Origin: Halomicronema hongdechloris C2206
Lineage (GTDB): Bacteria; Cyanobacteriota; Cyanobacteriia; Phormidesmidales; Phormidesmidaceae
DNA: 32,000 nt
NCBI RefSeq assembly: GCF_002075285.3
Contig: NZ_CP021983.2
Coordinates: forward strand, 1,950,001 to 1,982,000
Direction of reading: 5' to 3'
The notes beneath the pieces were generated by a model. The model saw only the letters and a list, made by a program, of their open reading frames with translations. It had not been told where the DNA came from and searched no databases. The position numbers were made by a program, and so were the translations under genes. Shown in pieces: positions 15,120-25,700 of the stretch. Numbering within the stretch: the first letter of the stretch is position 1; the number at the start of each line of letters is the position of its first letter.

Positions 15120-15899
15120 TTAGTCGACTATTGCTGTCCGCAGGTGGTTGATGCGATCTATTTGAGGAGTGCTGAAGCCCGCCTGGCTCAGGTGGGCCAG
15201 AAAGTCGGCCTGCCGGTAGCGGGAATCCTGACGGATTGCTTTTTGGTAGGCCTCACGGGCGGCAGCTGGCTGAGTCGCAGCAATTTGAGCCAGGGCCAGG
15301 GCTAGCCAATGGTGGGGATTGTCGGGGGCAAGCTGGGTGGCGGTTTGGGCATGTTGGATGGCGGCCTGGGGACGATTGAGGCGGTCGTAGGCCAGGCTCA
15401 GGTTGTAGTGGGCCACCTCGTTGTCAGGCTGCAGAGCAATGGCCCGTTGGTGGGTATTGACCGCTGCTGATAAGTCTCCCTGAACCAAATAGACGATACC
15501 CAGGGCATTCAGAGCCGGAACGTGTTCTGGGATCCGCGCTAGGGCTGTCTGCAAGGTTGCGATCGCTCCCCTGGTGTCGCCGGCGAGGTGTTGGGTCCAG
15601 CCCAGAATCACCCAGCCCGCCACGGCATCAGGATCCAGGGCGGTGGCAATTTGCAGCGTTGCGATCGCACGATCATATTGCTGAGCCGCTCGATAGGCTA
15701 ATCCCTGCCGTCGGTACCGGGCCGCCGTAGCGGGATCACGCCAAAAAGGCGGGTAGGCCAGGGTCTGCAGGACCCTAGCTGAGGGCGCCGCCGCCTGGTA
15801 AGGTATCGCCGCCCTCTCCGGAGTACAGGCCAGCCCGCCGATGAGGCCCCAGAGCCAGAGCCAACGGCTCCATCTTGCCCAGCCATCGCTTCCCAGCAC
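15120..15899 (-). CDS. Tetratricopeptide repeat (TPR) protein with an N-terminal signal/lipoprotein-like segment
   Basis: Repeated A..Y..AL...P motifs (YRRQGLAYRAAQQYDRAIATLQIATALDP, ALNALGIVYLVQGDLSAAVNTHQRAIALQP and others). Hydrophobic N-terminus ending GGLAC. Confidence 0.8.
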   Translation of the reverse strand: MLGSDGWARWSRWLWLWGLIGGLACTPERAAIPYQAAAPSARVLQTLAYPPFWRDPATAARYRRQGLAYRAAQQYDRAIATLQIATALDPDAVAGWVILGWTQHLAGDTRGAIATLQTALARIPEHVPALNALGIVYLVQGDLSAAVNTHQRAIALQPDNEVAHYNLSLAYDRLNRPQAAIQHAQTATQLAPDNPHHWLALALAQIAATQPAAAREAYQKAIRQDSRYRQADFLAHLSQAGFSTPQIDRINHLRTAIVD

Positions 15900-15902
15900 T
15901 CA

Positions 15903-16424
15903 TCACTCCTGAGGCGGACGGCGCATCCCCATGCGAATTTCCGAACAGAACGAGGTCATCTGCACCTGGTCATCGGCCTTGAGGATGCTGGTGCGCATGC
16001 GCAGATTCGGGTTGGCAAACCAAAACTGTTCCTCGGCCCGCATGGAGCCATCCTCGGTAATCACCGTCAGGACCTCGTCGACCAAGTGATAGACCCCTCG
16101 GGTAGGGGCCAGCCCCTGGGTCTGGCTTAGCAGCCGTCCCTGACCCGTGTTATCCCCCACGACCACCATTACCGTTGACCCGGTGTAGGCCAGGGAATCT
16201 CCCTCCAGGCGACTATCCTGGTGGATTCGCAAGCCGCAGAGCACCGCCGCCGGATTCTGGGTCAACTGCTGGCACAGGTGAGTGATGGCGGGGTCGCCGC
16301 TGGCGAGAAATTCAATCTCGAGGTTAGAGTGGCCTGCCTGGGACTTGGCCGTGGTCAAATAGTGGGTCGTGCGTTGGGAAAACCACTTGCCAGCGGTGTT
16401 TTCAAGAAATTTTACAATGTCCAT
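15903..16424 (-). CDS. Phycobiliprotein bilin lyase, CpcS/CpeS family
   Basis: The N-terminus MDIVKFLENTAGKWFSQRTTHYL... matches the characteristic G-W-SQRT-H start of CpcS/CpcU-type lyases. Size is 173 aa. Its stop is 4 nt from the TPR gene start, so the two probably form an operon. Confidence 0.7.
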   Translation of the reverse strand: MDIVKFLENTAGKWFSQRTTHYLTTAKSQAGHSNLEIEFLASGDPAITHLCQQLTQNPAAVLCGLRIHQDSRLEGDSLAYTGSTVMVVVGDNTGQGRLLSQTQGLAPTRGVYHLVDEVLTVITEDGSMRAEEQFWFANPNLRMRTSILKADDQVQMTSFCSEIRMGMRRPPQE

Positions 16425-16678
16425 GGGCCGACCAAACTATCGTCAAAAAGAGTCTCAGAGCTTCATTTTACGCCTAAGCCGGTGCCTCCCGACCAGACAA
16501 GGGCTATTGAAATCGGGCCAGGACGATTCCCCGGGAATCGCTGAATGATAAGCTAGCGATTGCGCTTAATAGCAAGTCCAGCCCGAGATTTAGCACTTCC
16601 TTAGAGTCAATCTTCGAAGAGTCAATCTTCGACGCTGGACGCCAGCCAGGTTTAGTGACAGTGTTTTCAGGAGTGTCG

Positions 16679-17743
16679 ATGACCGGATTTCAGGAGCCCT
16701 ATTTGCTCAGAGCCACCCGTGGGGAAGCCCTTGACCGGCCTCCTGTGTGGATGATGCGGCAGGCCGGCCGTTATATGAAGGCCTATCGCGATCTACGGGA
16801 TCGCTATCCGTCGTTTCGGGAGCGATCTGAAAACCCAGATCTGGCCATCGAAATTTCTCTACAGCCTTGGCATGCCTTCCGCCCCGATGGCGTCATTCTC
16901 TTCTCCGACATCTTGACGCCTCTGCCAGGCATGGGCATTCCCTTTGACATCGTCGAGAATAAGGGCCCCATCATCGACCCCCCTCTGCGCACCCAGGAGC
17001 AAATCGATCAAATTCATGCCCTCGATCCAGAGGCATCGCTCCCCTTTATTCGCACGATTCTGCAGACCCTACGTCAGGAAGTCGGCAATGACGCGGCGGT
17101 GCTGGGCTTTGTCGGTGCCCCCTGGACTCTGGCTGCCTATGCCGTGGAAGGAAAGAGTTCCAAGACCTATTCCGTGATCAAGGGCATGGCCTTCTCGGAA
17201 CCGGCCCGGCTGCATCAGTTGTTGGAGACCCTAGCCGATAACATCGCTATCTATCTGCGCTATCAGATCGACAGCGGTGCCCAGGTGGTGCAGATGTTTG
17301 ACTCTTGGGCTGGGCAGCTCAGTCCCATCGATTATCGTATGTTTGCCTTGCCCTATCAGCAGCGGGTCGTGCAGCAAGTGAAAGCCACCCACCCCGACAC
17401 GCCGATGATTCTCTATATCAGTGGCAGTGCTGGGGTGCTAGAGCTGATGGCTGAATCGGGGGTAGATATGGTCAGTGTCGACTGGACCGTCGACATGGCT
17501 GATGCCCGCCGTCGCCTCGGTCCCAATGTGGGTGTCCAGGGCAATGTCGACCCCGCCGCCCTGTTTGGGGCCAAGCCGTTCATTCGCGATCGCATCCTCG
17601 ACACCATTGGCAAGGCCGGCAATCGTGGGCATATCCTGAATCTGGGCCATGGCATCTTGCCAGGCACCCCAGAAGACAACGCCGCCTTCTTCTTCGAGAC
17701 GGCCAAACAGATCGATCAACTGCTGGTGGCCCCAGCGTCCTAG
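16679..17743 (+). CDS. hemE: Uroporphyrinogen decarboxylase
   Basis: [35 protein letters not shown] and FDSWAG are classic HemE motifs. The ATG at 16679 is preferred over the GTG at 16655. Confidence 0.92.
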   Translation: MTGFQEPYLLRATRGEALDRPPVWMMRQAGRYMKAYRDLRDRYPSFRERSENPDLAIEISLQPWHAFRPDGVILFSDILTPLPGMGIPFDIVENKGPIIDPPLRTQEQIDQIHALDPEASLPFIRTILQTLRQEVGNDAAVLGFVGAPWTLAAYAVEGKSSKTYSVIKGMAFSEPARLHQLLETLADNIAIYLRYQIDSGAQVVQMFDSWAGQLSPIDYRMFALPYQQRVVQQVKATHPDTPMILYISGSAGVLELMAESGVDMVSVDWTVDMADARRRLGPNVGVQGNVDPAALFGAKPFIRDRILDTIGKAGNRGHILNLGHGILPGTPEDNAAFFFETAKQIDQLLVAPAS

Positions 17744-17908
17744 ACAACAACTTTCCAATTGGGCCACCCTAATTCAGTGATAGGCTGATGAAATGCCCCA
17801 GGGAGCTCAGCCCTATCCTGACCCTAGGCAATTTTCCCAGCCCTAGGAGCAGGGAATGTGCTTGGTTGTCTCTGGTCATCCTCTGTCCTGTCACCTGATT
17901 GAGCGCCG

Positions 17909-18916
17909 TTGAATCCGTCGAGCCTGTCGTCTTCCCAGCAATCATCGTCACCCTCTACGTCGTCACCTAAACGCCTCTTGATTACGGGCGCTAGCGGTTG
18001 CATCGGTCATTACATCGTAGAAGCCCTGCTGAATGACACCCCCCATGAGTTGTTTCTGCTGGTGCGTCAGCCGCAAAAGCTGCAGTTTAACCTAGAGGCC
18101 TATCCCCGGGCGCATATCCTGCAGGGAAGCCTGACCAACATCACCGCCTTCGCCGAGCTGCTAGCCACCCTGGATGGGGCGATTCTGGTGGCAACAGCCT
18201 GGGGAGGTAACCAGGATCTCTATGACATCAACGTCAGGCGCAATCTGCAGTTGATGAATCTATTAGATCCCGACCGCTGTAAGCAGGTGATTTATTTTTC
18301 CACAGCCAGTATTCTCGACCATCAGCAACGGCCACTACCGGCAGCAGAAACCCTGGGCACAGGCTACATCCGCACTAAGTATCAATGTCATCAGCGGCTA
18401 CGGGAATTGGCCATCTATCCCCGCATTACCACTCTCTTTCCCACCCTGGTGTTTGGGGGCGACAAAGATAAGCCCTATTCCCATATTTCTGCTGGTTTAG
18501 CCGATGTGATCAAATGGATGGGCCTGATCCGCTTCTTCAAGGCCGACGGCAGTTTTCACTTCATCCATGCCCGCGACATCGCCCTAGTTGTCCGCCATCT
18601 GATCGACCATTCAACCCCGGCAGACCCCCCTAAGCAATACGTGTTGGGCAATGCCTGCCTCACCGCCAACCAAGCCATCGAAGCCGCCTGCGATTACTTG
18701 GGGCAGCGGCTCTACCTGCGAGTGCCCCTGTCCCTGTGGTTAGCCGACGTCTTCATCCGCCTGTTTCGGGTCAGAATGGCGGCCTGGGACCGATTTTGCC
18801 TACACTATCGCCACTTTAGCTACGAACACGCCGTCAACCCCGCCAGCTTCGGCCTCGAGCCTTACTGCCCCAGCTTTGAGGAGCTACTGCGAGTCAGTGG
18901 CATTCCCCCTGGTTAA
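17909..18916 (+). CDS. NAD(P)-dependent epimerase/dehydratase (extended SDR) family protein
   Basis: Rossmann motif LLITGASGCIGHYIVEALL after a Ser-rich N-terminus. There is no ATG upstream of the motif, so a TTG start at 17909 is assumed and the start is uncertain. Confidence 0.7.
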   Translation: MNPSSLSSSQQSSSPSTSSPKRLLITGASGCIGHYIVEALLNDTPHELFLLVRQPQKLQFNLEAYPRAHILQGSLTNITAFAELLATLDGAILVATAWGGNQDLYDINVRRNLQLMNLLDPDRCKQVIYFSTASILDHQQRPLPAAETLGTGYIRTKYQCHQRLRELAIYPRITTLFPTLVFGGDKDKPYSHISAGLADVIKWMGLIRFFKADGSFHFIHARDIALVVRHLIDHSTPADPPKQYVLGNACLTANQAIEAACDYLGQRLYLRVPLSLWLADVFIRLFRVRMAAWDRFCLHYRHFSYEHAVNPASFGLEPYCPSFEELLRVSGIPPG

Positions 18917-18979
18917 CGGCGTCGTCAGTTCAGGCGTACTCTTGTACAATCGGTAGCAACGCCGCCGACCCGCTGTGCC

Positions 18980-20069
18980 ATGGCCATCATCTCTTCGAAG
19001 TCCCCTGCCGAGCCTGACCCTGGCCAGGGCGCTGCTGCAGCCCCTGCGTCTGAGCCTGCCACTAAGCCTGCTAAGCCCTCCCCGTCATTGGTGCAACAAT
19101 CCTCTGCGACGGAACCCTCCTCGGCGGAAGAGGGATTGCGACCCAAACACCTCAGGGACTACATCGGTCAGACGGCCCTAAAAGAAGTCCTTGACATCGC
19201 CATTCGAGCGGCCCAGTCCCGCCAGGAGCCCCTGGATCACCTGCTGTTGTATGGTCCCCCAGGGTTAGGGAAAACCACCATGGCCCTGATTCTGGCGGCA
19301 GAAATGGGGGTAACCTGTAAGATCACCACGGCCCCTGCCCTGGAGCGGCCTCGCGATATTGCTGGCCTGTTAGTCAATCTGCAACCGGGTGACCTGCTCT
19401 TCATCGATGAAATCCATCGGTTGCCCCGGGTAACCGAGGAAATTCTCTATCCCGCCATGGAAGATGCCCGCCTGGATATCACCATTGGCAAAGGTCAGAG
19501 TGCCCGCACCCGCAGCATTCCCCTCAGCCCGTTCACCCTGGTGGGCGCCACGACTCGAGTGGGGGCCTTGACCTCCCCCCTACGGGACCGCTTCGGCCTG
19601 ATTCAGCGGCTGCGATTTTATGAGATCGACGAACTGGCGGCCATTGTCGAGCGCACGGCCCAGGTGCTGGCCACCCCCATTACCGCTGAGGGTGCCACTG
19701 AAATTGCCCGCCGGGCTCGGGGCACCCCCCGCATCGCCAATCGTCTATTGAAGCGAGTGCGTGACTATGTGCCGTTAAAACTTCCGGTGAGGTGGTCACA
19801 GCGGAGGTGGCAGCAGACGCGCTGCAACTATTCAATGTAGATCCCTGCGGCCTCGACTGGACTGACCGCCGCCGCCTACTGACGGTGATGATTGAGAACT
19901 TCAGCGGTGGTCCTGTGGGACTCGATACCATGGCGCCGCCGCCACTGGAGAAGATGCCCAAACCATTGAGGAGGTCTACGAGCCCTATCTGATGCAGATT
20001 GGGTATCTGCAGCGCACCCCGCGCGGTCGGATGGTGACACCAGCGGCCTGCCAGCATCTCGGCTATTGA
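18980..20069 (+). pseudogene. ruvB: Holliday junction helicase RuvB, interrupted by two apparent -1 frameshifts (or sequencing errors)
   Basis: Frame A (18980-~19771) carries [12 protein letters not shown] and the Walker A motif GPPGLGKTT. Frame B (~19771-~19935) reads [55 protein letters not shown]. Frame C (to 20069) reads [43 protein letters not shown]. Confidence 0.85.
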
Positions 20070-20180
20070 CGTCAACGGCCTATTCAGTGAGCAGCAGCTA
20101 TCTCTGATGTAAGCGGTGCTCAATCGTTGGGGATGCCGTCATAATCAAGGGGAGCCCCTGTTGGACAGTTGACCATCGCC

Positions 20181-20864
20181 ATGGCAATGTTTGCTGATCT
20201 GGCCCGCCGCCTGAGCTGGCTATTCATCGTATTCCTGGGCATAGGCATGATTACCCTCAGTGGAGATTCCAGGGTCATGGCTGCGCCTGAGTCATCCTCC
20301 GCCTCTGCCCAACAGGTCAGTGACTCGGACGGTGCCACCTCTGAAACCATGGCGGAATTGCGTCAAAAGGCCTTTGCCACTAGCCAAGCTGGGGACTTCG
20401 CTGCCGCCGATGCCTACTGGAGCCAATTAATCGACTATCTGCCCCAGGAAGCTGCCCTGTGGAATAACCGGGGCAATGCCCAGGCGGGATTGGGGCGGTG
20501 GTCAGCCGCCTGGGCAGATTATCGGCACGCGGTCGCGTTAGACCCGGAGTTTGCCCTGGCTCGGGTCAACCAGGCCCTGGCCTCCTATCAGCTAGGCCAC
20601 CCCAACGATGCGATCGCAGAGTTACGGGCCCTAGTGCGCCGCTACCCCAACTTTGCCGATGCTCGGGCTGCCCTGACGGCGGCCCTCTGGGCCGGGGGAC
20701 AGTGGGGAGAAGCCGAGAGTCATTGGGTGGCCGCCGTCGGCCTCGATGAACGCTATGGCGATCTAGACTGGGTGCGGACAGTACGTCGCTGGCCCCCCGC
20801 CATGGTAGAGGCCCTAGAGGCTTTTCTCTCCCTGGGAAGCGTGACATCAGAGGACATTACCTAG
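20181..20864 (+). CDS. TPR repeat protein with an N-terminal membrane/signal segment
   Basis: Hydrophobic LSWLFIVFLGIGMITL segment, then TPR-like units (WNNRGNAQAGLGRWSAAWADYRHAVALDP, ARVNQALASYQLGHPNDAIAELRALVRRYP). The ATG at 20181 is preferred over the TTG at 20169. Confidence 0.7.
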   Translation: MAMFADLARRLSWLFIVFLGIGMITLSGDSRVMAAPESSSASAQQVSDSDGATSETMAELRQKAFATSQAGDFAAADAYWSQLIDYLPQEAALWNNRGNAQAGLGRWSAAWADYRHAVALDPEFALARVNQALASYQLGHPNDAIAELRALVRRYPNFADARAALTAALWAGGQWGEAESHWVAAVGLDERYGDLDWVRTVRRWPPAMVEALEAFLSLGSVTSEDIT

Positions 20865-20866
20865 AT

Positions 20867-22087
20867 ATGTTGGACTGGGTTCTCATCGCTAGCCTCGGCT
20901 TTCTGGGCAGCTTCGGCCATTGTGTCGGCATGTGTGGCCCCCTGGCGGTGGCGTTTTCCCTCAGCCGTGAGGAGCCATCTCCTAGCCCCAGACAAACCTT
21001 GGCCTTCCACGGACTGCTGAATCTGGGCCGGTTGCTTAGCTATGGCCTGGTGGGCCTTGCCATTGGCGGGCTGGGCTCGGTGGTAGTAGCCAGTGGTCAC
21101 CTGGCCGGAGTGGGTAGCAGCCTACGTCAGGTCATGGCCCTCATTACTGGGGGCTTGCTGATTTGGATGGGGCTACACCAAATTAGCCCCCAGGGATTAC
21201 CCGCCTTGCCACTGCTGCATCCCCTGCGTCGCCTGCGGCTGCATGACCGTCTGAGTCAGCTGATGACCCAAACGGCCCAGACTCGACGTTGGTGGACTCC
21301 ACTCCTCTTGGGCTTAGCCTGGGGGCTGATTCCCTGCGGCTTTCTCTATGCGGCCCAGATCAAGGCGGCGGAAACGGGTAGCATCGTCGGTGGTGCCATT
21401 ACCATGCTGGCCTTCGGCAGCGGCACCTTACCCACCATGGTGGGGGTGGGTATGACTACCTCCTGGCTCAGTCAAGACCAACGCAGTCAGCTGTTTCAGA
21501 TGGGGGGATGGATCACCCTATTGGTGGGTGTCCTGACGCTGATGCGCAGCGGTGACACCATGACCGACTATGCTGGCTACGGGGCAATTCTATGCCTAGG
21601 GCTGGCCTTGATTGCCCGCCCCATTCGTAAGCTCTGGGCTGTTCCTTATCGCTACCGTCGCCTCTTGGGAGTGGGGGCGTTTGTGTTGGCTTTGGCCCAT
21701 ACCCTGCACATGTTGGACCATAGTTGGCAGTGGAACTGGCAGGCCTTGGCCTTTATGCTGCCCCACAGCCAGGGAGGGATGGTGGCAGGGGCCTTGGCCT
21801 TGCTACTGATGGTGCCACTGGTGTTGACTAGCAATGACAAGGCCCAGCGGCAGCTGGGACGGCTGTGGCGCCACCTACATCTCCTCAGCATTCCAGTCTT
21901 ATTGTTTTGCACGGTGCATTGCTGGCTTGCGGGCTCCTCCTACCTGGGCCGCGCCCACATTGAGCCGGTGCATTGGCTGCATACGGCGGCCTTAGGGCTG
22001 ATAGTCTTAGGCATTTTCTTGGTGCGATCGCATCGAGTTTGGCACTGGCTTGGTTTAGGAAAATTCTATGCGCCCCCCCGTCCTTAG
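20867..22087 (+). CDS. Fusion membrane protein: DsbD_2-like (HCxxMCGP) N-domain plus ferric-reductase-like (heme-binding His pair) C-domain
   Basis: FGHCVGMCGPLAVAF near the N-terminus and ~6 TM helices form the first half. The C-terminal half has LALAHTLHML and RHLHLLSIPVLLFCTVHC, with His residues 13 apart, as in FRD/MsrQ-type b-heme helices. Confidence 0.55.
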   Translation: MLDWVLIASLGFLGSFGHCVGMCGPLAVAFSLSREEPSPSPRQTLAFHGLLNLGRLLSYGLVGLAIGGLGSVVVASGHLAGVGSSLRQVMALITGGLLIWMGLHQISPQGLPALPLLHPLRRLRLHDRLSQLMTQTAQTRRWWTPLLLGLAWGLIPCGFLYAAQIKAAETGSIVGGAITMLAFGSGTLPTMVGVGMTTSWLSQDQRSQLFQMGGWITLLVGVLTLMRSGDTMTDYAGYGAILCLGLALIARPIRKLWAVPYRYRRLLGVGAFVLALAHTLHMLDHSWQWNWQALAFMLPHSQGGMVAGALALLLMVPLVLTSNDKAQRQLGRLWRHLHLLSIPVLLFCTVHCWLAGSSYLGRAHIEPVHWLHTAALGLIVLGIFLVRSHRVWHWLGLGKFYAPPRP

Positions 22088-22668
22088 CTCCTCCCTAGTG
22101 CTAATCTCCTTGCTCCCGGCCACCCCGGCGGTGGCCCATCAAGTGCAAGTATCTGAAGCGGTGGGGGCTACCCTGCACATCGAACCCAACGACGTGGCCC
22201 GTGCCGGGCACCCACTCAGCTCTGGTTTGCCTTGGTGCAACGAGGGGGCAAGCCTATTCCCCTCTCCGCTGCCAGTGTCAGCTCACCCTCTATGACCAAG
22301 GAGGGGAGGCCCTGCTCACCCCTGATCTGAGGCCCCTCTCAGTCGAGGACTATGAGGCCATTCCCAGTGCCACCATTACTTTCCCGGCCGTCGGTACCTA
22401 TGAGCTGGTGCTCGAGGGGCAAGCCCAAGACCCCGGTGCCTTTCCCCCCTTTGAGTTAGCCTTTCCCGTCACTGTCGCCACTGCGGTAACTCCCGCCTCG
22501 CCAGCGCCGGAGCCGGAGCTGCCCCCCGCATCGACTACCCCTGAGTCTTCATCCACTGCCTCCGGTCCCCCAATTCCCCTGTTGGTGGCCCTACTCCTGG
22601 TTATCTTGGCGGGAGTTGCATGGACCTGGTCCCGCTATCGCCGGCAAGGCAAGAATAAAGACTTGTAA
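22068..22668 (+). pseudogene. Secreted, C-terminally membrane-anchored conserved hypothetical protein, interrupted by two apparent -1 frameshifts
   Basis: A signal peptide is followed by AHQVQVSEAVGATLHIEPNDVARAGHP (frame 0), then TQLWFALVQRGGKPIPLS (frame 2, ~22214-22268), then CQCQLTLYDQGGEALL...VTVATAV...PIPLLVALLLVILAGVAWTW (frame 1). Confidence 0.6.
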
Positions 22669-22774
22669 CAGATGCAGCCGGAATTTCCAGTTTTTCAGTT
22701 CGATAGCCGTATACACCTCCCTAGCTTGGGCATACTAAGAGCGCCATTACACTCGGGTCCAGGAGCTATCGTCC

Positions 22775-25700
22775 ATGGTTGTCCCAGCCAACCCCCAGGA
22801 TTCACTGATGCCCCCATCCGACAATCATCCCATCCCCCTCAGGGTCGAACGAGGCACTCCCCTATCCCGAGTCATTCACCTGATCTGCGACAGCCTCAAT
22901 GAAGCCCAAGCCCTATCGCCTGTGTGGGGAGGCACTGCCCATCTGGGCGAAATCGGCTGTGTGGTGGTGACTGACAACACTGCCCTAGCGGGGATCGCCA
23001 CCGCCCTGGATATTGTCTGCCAGTTAGCTCGGGGGGCTGCGGTCGCCACCCTGGCCGTGGATGAGGTCATGACTCATCCAGTGATTACCGTAGGCGTCGA
23101 TCAGCCTGCCGATCCCCAAACGGTGTTGGCGCTCTGCCAAACCCATGGGATTCATCATTTGCCCGTCTTAGACGAGCAACGGCAGATCGTGGGGCTCATC
23201 ACCTCTGCTAGCGTCATGCAAGAGACTGCTCCCACCAACTGGCTGAAGCTGCAACCGGTAGCAGCCCGCATGGTAACGGCTGTGCCCACAGCCGGTCTCG
23301 AAGCCTCTGGCTTGCAGCTAGCTCAATTGATGCAGCAGTGGCGCCGAAGCTATGTGGTCATTCTCCAGAGCCAGGAGGCTGAGACCAGCCGATTTCTAGG
23401 GATTGTCACGGCGGTAGATGTGATTCGTCTGCATCACCAGGGGATCTGCCTAGAGGCCACTTCAGCCTCGGCCTTGATGTCCGATCCCCCCCTCTGTCTG
23501 CATCCCAGTGACTCCCTCTGGTTTGCCTATGGAGAAATGAAGCAGCAGTGGAGTTATCTACCGGTCTGCAATGAGGCCGGACATTTCCTGGGCTTATTGA
23601 CCGCGATGGCCATGGTCGAAGCCCTCGACCCGGCTGGGTTATCTAGCCATCCGGGACAGCTGCGGCAGACCCTACGCCGGGTTGAAACCGACAAGGTAGA
23701 TCTCTTACAAAACCGCAACTCAGAACTAGAGCGTCAAGTCAGTCGCCGCACCGCCCAGCTCCAGGAACAATCCCAGCGCATGCAAGAAGAACTCCGCAGT
23801 TCCCGACTGTTGGCGGCGACGGCCCTGCGGATTCAGCGCTCCCTTGATCTCGCAGAAATCCTGGAGATCACCGTGCAAGAGATGCGCCAATTGCTCCAAT
23901 GCGATCGCACCTTCATCTATCGCCTACAGCCCAGCCAAACCCAAACCATCGAAGTCGAATCTGTCGCCGATCAGGCCCTCTCCATTCGCAGCCAGTCTAC
24001 CGATTACCAGCCCTACTTCCAGGATCTATTTCAGGCCTATCATCCCGGCGAAATTCAAGCCATCGCCGATCTCGCCGAGGTTGATCTCCCCTCCTCCTGC
24101 ACCACAGTCCTAGAGCAACTGGGCGTACAGGCTAACCTCGTCATCCCCATCAGCAAAGGGAACGATCTCTGGGGTCTGCTGGTGGCCCAACACTGTGCCA
24201 ACTCTCGTCCCTGGCAGTCTTGGGAAATCAGCCTCTTGAAGCACTTAGCGACCCAGGTCAGCATCGCCATTCAAAAATCTGCCCTCTACGAACAACTGCA
24301 GGCCGAACTCAATGAACGACGGCTAGCCGAACAGGCCCTGACCCAGGCCAACGAAGAATTAGAAGCCAGGGTAGAAGATCGGACCGCCTCCCTGCGCCAA
24401 GCCAACGAACAGATGCAAGCAGAAATTGCCGAGCGCCGTCGTGCCGAAGAAGCCCTGCGCCAGGCCAAAGATCAGATGCAAGCCGTGCTCGATGCCGTGC
24501 CAGGGTTAGTTTCCTGGATCGACGGCAACCTCAACTATCTCGGGGTAAACCAGCATCTGACCAAGGTGTTCCAAGTTCCAGGCGATGAATTTCTAGGACA
24601 AGAGATTGGGTTTCTGAATCCAGGCCACGAATTCGGTGACGTGATTCGCCACCTATTCCATAGCCCCGAGCCTGCCATTTCCAAAGAAATCACCGTGTGG
24701 ATTCATCAACAGCCCCGCACCTATTTAATTGCTGCCCAGAAGTACGATCACGACCAAGCCGCCGTTTGCATCGGCATTGACGTCACCGAGCATCGCCAGG
24801 CTGAAGCGGCCCTGCGTAAGAGCGAAGCTAGATTTCAGCAACTCGTCGAACAAACTAACGAATGGGTGTGGGAAATTGATCGCGACCTGGCCTTCAGCTA
24901 CGTCAACCCCAAAGCAGAAGATCTGCTAGGCTATGCTGCCGGTGAACTAGTAGGCCATCAATTCCAAGACTTCATGCCCGAGGATGCCGCCATTCGCTTC
25001 ATGACGGTGCTCGAGCACGCCGTGGCCAAGCGCGAACCCTTCGACCACCTAGAACAAACCGTATTGCACAAAGATGGTCACGCCATGATTCTAGAGAGCA
25101 GCGGCACCCCCGTATTTAGCGCCGATGGGGTATGGCAAGGCTACTGGGGCATTGCCCGCGATATCACCGAACGCAAGCAGATCGAACATAATATTCGCAA
25201 GGCATTGACTAAAGAGCGGGAACTCAGCGAGCTCAAAACCCGATTTATCTCCATGGCTTCCCACGAATTTCGCACACCGTTAACCACCATCATGGCCTCT
25301 GCCGAATCCCTGGAACACTATCGTCACAAGTGGTCAGAAGATAAAATTCTGACTTACCTGAAACGCATTCAGAAAACAACCCAGCATATGAATGGCCTCC
25401 TCAACGACGTGCTAACGGTGGGCAAAGCCAACGCGGGCAAAATGGAGTGTCATCCAGCGCCCATAGCCTTAGCTGATTTTTGCCATGATTTAGTCACAGA
25501 GCTAAATTTAGGGGCATCGCCACCAGATCGACTGATGTTGACTTACCAGGGGCCTGCAACCAACGTCATGGCCGATGAAAAGTTACTCAGGCAAATGCTA
25601 GGTAATCTACTGTCCAATGCCTTGAAATATTCTCCTGCTGATACTCAACCCTATTTAGACGTAACTGTACAGACGGATCAGATTCGCTTTGTAGTGCAAG

